NCBI RefSeq assembly: GCF_018398935.1
Contig: NZ_CP074694.1
Coordinates: forward strand, 6,090,001-6,122,000
DNA length: 32,000 nt
Direction of reading: 5' to 3'
Source of the DNA: Telmatocola sphagniphila
GTDB lineage: Bacteria; Planctomycetota; Planctomycetia; Gemmatales; Gemmataceae
The translations under genes were made by a program, and so were the position numbers. This document shows positions 16,387-23,160 of the stretch, in pieces; the first letter of the stretch is position 1; each line of letters opens with the position of its first letter. The notes below the pieces were generated by a model. The model was not told where the DNA came from, did not search any database, and worked only from the letters and a program-made list of their open reading frames with translations.

Positions 16387-18747
16387 TCAGCCCTTTTGGC
16401 GAAGCCTTCGACGGATACTACTGCTGGAGCTCGAGTTGTCGGACTCCGCCGGGGCGTCATCAGTGTATGCTTCGCGATAAGGCTCGCTGTAAGCGTAACC
16501 GTACGTGCCGTAGCCACCATCGCGGTAGCCGTAACCGTAACCATAGCCGTAACCGTAGCCGTATCCGTTACCGCCGCGGCTGGAATTGTTCACCACGACT
16601 CCCAGCAGATTGGCCCCGACACCTGCCAGCATTTCCCGGGCACGTTCGGCGGCCGGCCGACCGTTCTTGGAAATGGTCATCGTCAGGATCACGCCATCGA
16701 CGCGGGTCGAAACGATCGACGGATCACTCACGGCCAACAACGGCGGCGTATCGAGAATCACGATTTCGAAATCGTCGCGAATCTTCCTGAGCAGTTCCGT
16801 GAATTTCGGTGAGGTCAGAAGTTCAGAGGGGTTTTCCGGTCGCGGTCCGCAGGGGAGTAACCACAGGCCCGGTATTTCTTCGCATTCCTGAATGGCCGAG
16901 TAGAGTTCTACCTGATCCAGAAGAACGGAGACGATACCCACTTCGGACTTGCTCTTCTGATCGAGACCGAAGATTTTGTGAACTCGCGGTTTGCGGAAGT
17001 CGCAATCGATCAGAATGACTTTTTTGCCTGATTGAGCGACCGACACAGCCAGGTTGGCCGCCAGGGTCGATTTTCCATCCCCGGCGTTCGGGCTGGTGAT
17101 TTGAATAATCTGGTGGCCTTTTTCGCGAGTGTTGAAGTAGAGCGAGGTTCGCACACCTCGATAAGCTTCCGACTCCACCGATTTCGATTTGATGGCCGTG
17201 ATTAATTTTCCGTCGATCATATCGAACTTGGGATTATCTTCCTCGAGCGGTCGCAGTACCGGAATATGGCCGATGATCTGGGTGCCGAGTCGACGGCGAA
17301 TTTCATCCGGTGACTTGAAGCTGCGATCGGTCATTTCCGCAAGATAAGCCAGAGCACAACCGGCGATCAAACCGAGGAAACCGGCTATGGCCAGATACTG
17401 CATCGGCAGCGGAGCGACTTTCACGCCCATTTCCGGAGGAGTAATGAGTTTAGCTTCAGTTGTAGGACTATCCCGGTTCACAGAAATGGTGTCGATACGG
17501 TTTTCGAGAGTTTTAATTTCTCGGTCCAGCTGTTCCTGAGTGAGCATCAAAGATTTTTCTTCAATTGTCAGCTTGGAAAGTACGCTATGTACTAATTTAT
17601 CGGCGTTTATTTCTTTCTGAATTATTTTCAGTTTCTCTTTATCTTTAGCTAACTCCCCTTCGACATAAACGCGGTACCAGGATAAAGGATCCACGGAGAA
17701 GTTCAAATTATCCGTATCTTTGTTACGATCGTGAATAATCTGCTTTAAGGCTTTGATGCGGCGATCCACGGCCTGCACTTCGGGATGTTCCTTGCCCATG
17801 GCAGTGAGTTTTTCACTCAGGGTAAGTTGCAGAGCCAGAATCGATTCCTCGACGTTCTGAGCATTCTTGAGTTCGAAGGCTTTGTCTTTCAGATAAGGAT
17901 CGTCCTTCTTAAGCTGAGCCATCAGCTGCGCACGCTGCGTAGTGTCTTTGGGACTATTCTCGATCTGACGAATGGTGTAGTCATAATCGCTAATCTTAAG
18001 TACCAGATTCCGCTCCCGTTCCAGATCCAGGCCGATTTTCTGAGAGAGCTGCTCAAAGGTATAAGTGCTTGTTTCAGACAACTTAGTCCGACGGTTAATG
18101 AGCTCGCTGTCGATGGTCTTTTTTCGCTCTTTCTGATTATCCAAATTCCGTTTCAATTCCTTGTAAGCCTGATCGGTCAAACCGGTGATGCTTTCCTTGA
18201 GTGACTCGTTATAGCCTTCATAGACTTGGGCTAGTGCGGTTTGGGCATCGGAAGGATTGTGGGATCGAAAAGATAGGTTCAGAATATTGCTGACGGCTCC
18301 CGTGGTTGTGTCCCGATAGCGGGAAACCGTCAGGCCGTTGGCGACATAAGAGACATACTCCGCGGGCGGCTCTATCAGAGTACTCTTTTGCAGGTGATCG
18401 GCGGCACGGCGCTGAATCTCAGTCGATCGAACCAGGGCTTCCTGGCCCGCCATGAAGTCGATGATGAAGTTCTGCCGACTGTCGATAACGCTGCTATCCT
18501 GGGCCGCCGATTTGCGGTTGAAGACCATGATACGAGCGGAAGATTCGTACACCGGCCGTTTCTGGGTGTAGAAAATGAAACCGGCCACCATGCCCGCAAT
18601 AATGCCGAAAATGACCAGTGTCTTCCGTCGCCAGAGTACGCGCATCAGATCCGAACCGCCGCTGCTGGCATGCGGGGTGGGTGTGTGAGGCCCCTCCGGA
18701 GGGTGAAGCACAATTTTCTGTGAAGGATATTCGACTACTGCCGCCAC
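16387..18747 (-). CDS. Polysaccharide co-polymerase / bacterial tyrosine (BY) kinase, Wzc-like fused architecture
   Basis: 786 aa, GTG start with GAGGA 7 nt upstream. Order of elements: TM1 (LVIFGIIAGMVAGFIFY), a long coiled-coil-rich periplasmic part, TM2 (AIAGFLGLIAGCALAYL), then the kinase domain. The kinase has Walker A SPNAGDGKST, A' VILIDCDFRKP and B FEIVILDTPP. The Tyr-cluster tail is GNGYGYGYGYGYGYGYRDGGYGTYGYAYSEPYREAY. Confidence 0.9.
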   Translation of the reverse strand: MAAVVEYPSQKIVLHPPEGPHTPTPHASSGGSDLMRVLWRRKTLVIFGIIAGMVAGFIFYTQKRPVYESSARIMVFNRKSAAQDSSVIDSRQNFIIDFMAGQEALVRSTEIQRRAADHLQKSTLIEPPAEYVSYVANGLTVSRYRDTTTGAVSNILNLSFRSHNPSDAQTALAQVYEGYNESLKESITGLTDQAYKELKRNLDNQKERKKTIDSELINRRTKLSETSTYTFEQLSQKIGLDLERERNLVLKISDYDYTIRQIENSPKDTTQRAQLMAQLKKDDPYLKDKAFELKNAQNVEESILALQLTLSEKLTAMGKEHPEVQAVDRRIKALKQIIHDRNKDTDNLNFSVDPLSWYRVYVEGELAKDKEKLKIIQKEINADKLVHSVLSKLTIEEKSLMLTQEQLDREIKTLENRIDTISVNRDSPTTEAKLITPPEMGVKVAPLPMQYLAIAGFLGLIAGCALAYLAEMTDRSFKSPDEIRRRLGTQIIGHIPVLRPLEEDNPKFDMIDGKLITAIKSKSVESEAYRGVRTSLYFNTREKGHQIIQITSPNAGDGKSTLAANLAVSVAQSGKKVILIDCDFRKPRVHKIFGLDQKSKSEVGIVSVLLDQVELYSAIQECEEIPGLWLLPCGPRPENPSELLTSPKFTELLRKIRDDFEIVILDTPPLLAVSDPSIVSTRVDGVILTMTISKNGRPAAERAREMLAGVGANLLGVVVNNSSRGGNGYGYGYGYGYGYGYRDGGYGTYGYAYSEPYREAYTDDAPAESDNSSSSSSIRRRLRQKG
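16525..16572 (-). repeat. In-frame hexanucleotide microsatellite (GTARCC)x8 encoding the (GY)n tyrosine cluster
   Basis: The + strand reads gtagcc gtaacc gtaacc atagcc gtaacc gtagcc gtatcc gttacc. The reverse strand encodes GNGYGYGYGYGYGYGY. Confidence 0.85.
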
Positions 18748-18790
18748 GGGTAAATCCTCAAAAAGTTGGGCTGGATTCGAGACACCAGAA

Positions 18791-20344
18791 TCAAATGCCT
18801 ATTGTTTCTTCCTGAACATTGACGGCCACCGCTTCCTCGCCTAACTGGCGAGTGACTGTGGTCAAGCACCGTTCGGTATGCTCGACCATTCGGGCTAGTG
18901 TGGCCAATTTATCCCACATCGTTTCCGTGTCGGGCTGTCCCACTACGGTTAAGCGTCCGATGGCATGCCCCTCGTAGAACAGGGGGATTTCTGCTTTCCA
19001 GTCGCTCGGATTTTCCTGCTGACCGGCGGCCCGGTCCCACCGGGCGTGATAACTTTCGTGCAACGCCGGGGCATTGACGTCCAGCCACAGCTTCTGGAGA
19101 TTCATCGTGCGTGCGGCCGAAACCAGTTCCAGCCAGATATCATTCCAATCGGCCGTGCCTTGGAGCCGAACCTGGAGTTCGTTTTCGTGATTTTCCGATT
19201 TCACTTTCAAAATCGAAGTGACGATGGCTCGCACCCGGCTTTTCAGCAGATGAAGCTCCGCATGGCCGAACAACCGGGTCATGACCAGGGAGGCCGTAAC
19301 CGCCATCGCTGCAATCAGGGCAAACAGTTCGTTCTTCCAGTAGACCGAAGCCAGGACGCCCGAAGCGACGATCAGCATCATTCCGCCGACCAGGAGCAAA
19401 ATACTCTGCCGACTCAAACCGCTTTTCTGAAGGCAATGGTGCAGGTGTCCTCGGTCTGTGGTGTAGATACTTCGCCCGGTCAGTTTTCTTCGCAGGATCG
19501 CGGCGGTCGTATCGAAAATTGGCAGAATCAGTAGGGCTATTGGAATGCAGACGGTGGCAACCGCAGGTCCTTTGATACTTCCCTGAATGGCCATGGCTCC
19601 CAGGAAATAGCCGAGAACCATGCTCCCGCAGTCGCCTAAGTAGACAGTAGCCGGGGGAAGATTGTAACGAAGGAATCCAATTACCGAACCGGCCAGGATA
19701 CTTGCGATCACGGCCACATAAAGATTTCCGAGCATCAAGGACATGGTGACGAAGGTCAGGCAGTACATGAAGCTGATACTGCCCAGCAGGCCATCCATAC
19801 CATCGATGAGATTCAGGGCGTTGATGGCTCCCAGCATCCAGAAGAAGGTGAAGACTACCCCGGCCGTCATTCCCAGATCGATGGAGGTGCCCAGGAAGTT
19901 CAGTTCGGAGATCAGCATCTTTCCTGGAAAAACCAGAATCGAAATCGCCGCGATTTGACCGAGGAGTTTATGCCGGCCTCGCATGCCTCGCCAGTCGTCG
20001 AGCAGGCCGACGAGCCCGATTAATATCGAGCCAAGTACCAGGGAGAAGAGTCGGCCGGTCATCTGAAAATCGAAGTCCAGCCAGTTAGAAAGGGTCGATG
20101 CGAGTGCTATTCCCAATAGGGAAACCAGCAGAATCGCCAAACCACCCGCGCGCGGAATCGGCTTGGATTGGTGCTTGCGGCGACCGTCCGGGGCATCCAC
20201 TAGCCCAATTCGGTGCGCAGTATCGCGAATAATGGGTACCAAGATTAGCGAACAAACAGCACTGAAGCCGAAAAGTAGCAATAGTGCCAGCTTGGATTCA
20301 TCGGACACGGAAAAGCCCTTCGATGGAACGCCAATCGCTGTCAA
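18791..20344 (-). CDS. Polyprenyl-phosphate N-acetylhexosamine-1-phosphate transferase (GT4, MraY/WecA family) with ~155-aa C-terminal soluble extension
   Basis: Motifs: DAPDGRRKHQSKPIPRAGGLAI, LLDDWRGM (DD) and NALNLIDGMDGL. About 10-11 TM segments are followed by a non-membrane C-terminus (complement of ~18791-19260). The start is ambiguous: TTG 20344 (track) or GTG 20308, 12 codons downstream. Confidence 0.85.
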   Translation of the reverse strand: MTAIGVPSKGFSVSDESKLALLLLFGFSAVCSLILVPIIRDTAHRIGLVDAPDGRRKHQSKPIPRAGGLAILLVSLLGIALASTLSNWLDFDFQMTGRLFSLVLGSILIGLVGLLDDWRGMRGRHKLLGQIAAISILVFPGKMLISELNFLGTSIDLGMTAGVVFTFFWMLGAINALNLIDGMDGLLGSISFMYCLTFVTMSLMLGNLYVAVIASILAGSVIGFLRYNLPPATVYLGDCGSMVLGYFLGAMAIQGSIKGPAVATVCIPIALLILPIFDTTAAILRRKLTGRSIYTTDRGHLHHCLQKSGLSRQSILLLVGGMMLIVASGVLASVYWKNELFALIAAMAVTASLVMTRLFGHAELHLLKSRVRAIVTSILKVKSENHENELQVRLQGTADWNDIWLELVSAARTMNLQKLWLDVNAPALHESYHARWDRAAGQQENPSDWKAEIPLFYEGHAIGRLTVVGQPDTETMWDKLATLARMVEHTERCLTTVTRQLGEEAVAVNVQEETIGI

Positions 20345-20446
20345 TCAAGTACAGGGAGAGTAATAGTTGTGACGTAAGCGGGAGAGCAGAATTCGAGCCG
20401 TTGGGCCGATAATCGGAATCGGTAGCAACGCTCAACTTCCAACCAC

Positions 20447-20472
20447 CCAATAGAGGTACAACCAATAGAGGT
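20447..20472 (-). repeat. Two direct copies of an 11-nt element in the leader of the transferase gene
   Basis: On the + strand, ccaatagaggt occurs at 20447-20457 and again at 20462-20472, giving a 15-nt period. This lies ~105-130 nt upstream of the start codon. Confidence 0.6.
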
Positions 20473-20538
20473 GCCGTCCTGGCTAAATCAACGTAAGTCC
20501 CGGCCAAATACCATCCTAGCCCAGGTACAGTTCGTGAA

Positions 20539-20566
20539 ATTATACCCGGTCAGGTAAGCCTGTCCA
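20539..20566 (-). promoter_or_regulatory. Strong sigma70-consensus promoter candidate for the transferase/BY-kinase/phosphatase genes
   Basis: On the - strand: TGGACA (complement of 20561-20566), a 16-nt spacer, then a perfect TATAAT (complement of 20539-20544). This implies a ~190-nt 5' leader before the start at 20344. Confidence 0.45.
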
Positions 20567-20633
20567 AGAATTATAAGTGTAGAATTCTAAGGGGTGTTGA
20601 CGGTCTGGCGGAGAATCCGGTTTATTCAGACCA

Positions 20634-20669
20634 ATAAAAAAAGATATTCGGAGCGGTAAGCACCGCTCC
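20634..20669 (-). terminator. Rho-independent terminator downstream of csrA
   Basis: 8-bp GC-rich stem: ggagcggt (20650-20657) pairs with accgctcc (20662-20669), loop of 4 nt. On the - strand it is followed, after 7 nt, by UUUUUUU (complement of 20636-20642). It sits 31 nt after the csrA stop. Confidence 0.5.
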
Positions 20670-20699
20670 AGGTGTTAGATACAGCATTTAAACTCCGGT

Positions 20700-20963
20700 T
20701 TAATTGGAGGCTGCTTCGCCTTGGGGGATGATCGTCGTCTGGTTCAGGCGGACACTTGTATCCGAGGCACCTACCAGTTTCGGACTGACATTCATATCAA
20801 CGAAAGAGTGTCTTCGTTCATGCACTTCCGCGCGGTCCACAGAGACGGCTTCCGGCGCAGTGATTCCAACTCGTATGCGATCTCCCTTGATCGAAACGAT
20901 GGTGACTCGGATGTGATCGTCGATGATGATTTCTTCGCCAGGTTTGCGAGACAGAACTAACAT
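20700..20963 (-). CDS. csrA: Carbon storage regulator CsrA (RNA-binding translational regulator) with ~35-aa C-terminal extension
   Basis: MLVLSRKPGEEIIIDDHIRVTIVSIKGDRIRVGITAPEAVSVDRAEVHERR matches the CsrA/RsmA core almost position by position. AAGGAGG lies 7 nt upstream of ATG 20963. The track's 110-aa version merely extends upstream to an earlier in-frame start candidate at 21032. Confidence 0.9.
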   Translation of the reverse strand: MLVLSRKPGEEIIIDDHIRVTIVSIKGDRIRVGITAPEAVSVDRAEVHERRHSFVDMNVSPKLVGASDTSVRLNQTTIIPQGEAASN

Positions 20964-21329
20964 GACACCCTCCTTGGATGTATGGTGAGAAGATAAACTA
21001 GTTGCAAAGCTCCTATGCAAACAGTAGACCAAAATTTTGAACCACGAACCGGTGTTGGAAAAAAATCTTCCGTATTAATCTGGGTAATTTTTCAGCCGCA
21101 AAATACTACCCAATTTAACACCCAGGTGTTGGTTCTCATAAGTCTAGACGGCTAATCGTTACTTTTCGTTCACGATAACGCGAAAAAAAGCAACGACTTG
21201 CGCGGTTGTATAAGAAACAACCACTGGGTAATTCGTGCATGGGCTGGAAATCTTACTTCGATTTTGCAAGGCCGATTGTGGCTATTACAAACTCGCTCTT
21301 GATATTTTATACGAAACTTAGGGTTTTTC

Positions 21330-22262
21330 ATGCAACTGCGACCTTTAGGTAGAACCGGCCTCAATGTCTCCGCCCTGAGTCTCGGCGGGGCCGCGTTCGG
21401 GAACATCTATGGAAATCTCACCCTGGACCAGATCCGTCGGACGGTCGTCCGATCAATTGAATCCGGAATTAACCTTATCGATACTTCGCCCTATTATGGC
21501 CTGACAAAATCCGAGAGCAATCTCGGTGAAGTCCTGCAGCACGGCTGGCGCGAAAAAATTATTCTCTGCAGTAAAGCTGGGCGAAATGACCGCGCTGCTT
21601 TCGATTTCAGCCCCGAAGCCATGCGGCGTAGTGTCGAAGCATCGCTCAAACGTTTGAGAACGGACTACCTCGATATCCTGATCGCACATGACATTGAATT
21701 CACTGATAATTTTGAAAAGGTCTTTACGGAAACCCGCGACGTTCTGCACGCCTTGAAGAAAGAAGGCAAATGCCGATTCATCGGGATGTCTTGCTACCCG
21801 CTCAGTCTGCTGAAAAAGGTCATCGAGACCTGCCAGATCGATGTGATCATCACTTATTCCAATTTCTGTCTGCAAAACACTCGTTTGATCGATGAACTGC
21901 TCCCAACTCTGGAGAAGTTTGAAGTCGGTGTCCTGAACGCCAGCCCCCTTTCTATGGGTTTGCTGACCAATCAGGGGCCGCCTGAATGGCACCCGGCGTC
22001 TCCGGAAATTAAGGCCGCCTGTCGGAAAGCCGCGGAGCATTGCCGCAATCGCGGGAGCGATATTTCACTTTTGGGAATGCAGTTCTGTCTGGCCGAATCC
22101 CGGATATCCAGTGTTATTTCGGGGGCCTCAACCGAAGAAGAGATTCAAACCAACTTGCAGGCACTTTCTCAAAAGCCCGATCCGCAGCTTCTGGCCAAGG
22201 TATTGGAGATTTTGAAACCGGTGCATAATCAGACTTGGTTTGCGGGGAATTGGAAGACTTGA
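21330..22262 (+). CDS. Aldo/keto reductase family oxidoreductase
   Basis: 310 aa. MQLRPLGRTGLNVSALSLGGAAFGN...GINLIDTSPYYG is the canonical AKR N-terminus (the Tyr of the catalytic tetrad is in YYG). Confidence 0.85.
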   Translation: MQLRPLGRTGLNVSALSLGGAAFGNIYGNLTLDQIRRTVVRSIESGINLIDTSPYYGLTKSESNLGEVLQHGWREKIILCSKAGRNDRAAFDFSPEAMRRSVEASLKRLRTDYLDILIAHDIEFTDNFEKVFTETRDVLHALKKEGKCRFIGMSCYPLSLLKKVIETCQIDVIITYSNFCLQNTRLIDELLPTLEKFEVGVLNASPLSMGLLTNQGPPEWHPASPEIKAACRKAAEHCRNRGSDISLLGMQFCLAESRISSVISGASTEEEIQTNLQALSQKPDPQLLAKVLEILKPVHNQTWFAGNWKT

Positions 22263-22281
22263 TTCAAGCGGGCTTGATTTT

Positions 22282-23154
22282 TCAAACCGGCAGCACATCC
22301 ACACTCACAGTGACCGTGTGTTGCCCGCCGCCCATGATCACCCCTTTGATCGGGCTGACATCATCGTAATCGCGCCCCCAGGCCACCAAAATATGCTGGT
22401 CCGCGGGAATCAGATCGTTGGTTGGGTCGATTCCGATCCAATCATAACCCGGCACATAGACCGACAGCCAGGCGTGAGTGGCATCGGCCCCCACCAGTCG
22501 GGGTTTGCCGGGTGCCGGGATGGTCATCAGGTAGCCGCTGATATAGCGAGTGGCCAATCCGAGAGAACGCAGACAGCCCATCTCCAGCTGGGTGAAATCT
22601 TGACAGACACCCTTTCGCGTCCGCAGCACTTCCAAAAGCGGTGTACTGAGATTGGTCGAATGCGGATCGTACTCGAACTCGGTATGAATGCGATTTGTCA
22701 GATCCATCACCGCTTCGAGTAAGGGCCGACCGGGCGTGAAAGATATTCGTGCAAACGTGGCCAGTTCTTCATTCCGGCCCACATAAGGGGAATCGAAGGT
22801 GTACTGGAGCGCATCCAACGCGGCGGGATCCCGAGCCATCCGGATACGGGCCGCGGCCTCCTCCCAGGGGATCGTTCCAGCCGGGTCAGGGGTCGATCCC
22901 GTTAGCACTTCGGTCCTGTGTTCGGACAGGATCACCAGCTTCCTGTGCGGCTCCTGCAGCGTGAAGTGCGTTGTCAGATTACCGAAGAAATCGACCGACT
23001 CACTCATCACCGCGGGCTCGGGTTCCACGGTCAGCAGAAAATCGAGCGTATGCTGCAAAGCGCCGTTGCGGGGTTTCAGATGTACGAGATTATGACACAA
23101 CGAAACCGGATCGGAGTAATCGTAAATCGTCTTGTGGGATATCTGATAAATCAT
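22282..23154 (-). CDS. Transglutaminase-like cysteine peptidase/transamidase (Bact_transglu_N + transglutaminase core)
   Basis: 290 aa. The core motifs GVCQDF (Cys), THAWLSVY (His) and WIGIDPTN (Asp) are all intact. It begins 6 nt after the upstream gene ends. Confidence 0.85.
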   Translation of the reverse strand: MIYQISHKTIYDYSDPVSLCHNLVHLKPRNGALQHTLDFLLTVEPEPAVMSESVDFFGNLTTHFTLQEPHRKLVILSEHRTEVLTGSTPDPAGTIPWEEAAARIRMARDPAALDALQYTFDSPYVGRNEELATFARISFTPGRPLLEAVMDLTNRIHTEFEYDPHSTNLSTPLLEVLRTRKGVCQDFTQLEMGCLRSLGLATRYISGYLMTIPAPGKPRLVGADATHAWLSVYVPGYDWIGIDPTNDLIPADQHILVAWGRDYDDVSPIKGVIMGGGQHTVTVSVDVLPV

Positions 23155-23160
23155 GGCGTG

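Noticed and set aside
16348-16812. 154-aa + strand ORF with a striking AVTVTIAVTVAVSVTAAA repeat.
   Set aside because: It is simply the reverse-complement reading of the (GY)n hexanucleotide repeat in the BY-kinase tail, not an independent repeat protein.
20964-21032. N-terminal 23-codon extension of csrA in the ORF track (110-aa version).
   Set aside because: The CsrA fold starts at MLVLSRK. That ATG (20963) has a perfect AAGGAGG 7 nt upstream, and the extension has no support.
22264-22282. Short hairpin (tcaag-cggg-cttga) plus T5 after the aldo/keto reductase gene as a terminator.
   Set aside because: It has only a 5-bp stem and overlaps the stop codon of the convergent transglutaminase gene. 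That is too weak to list as a feature.
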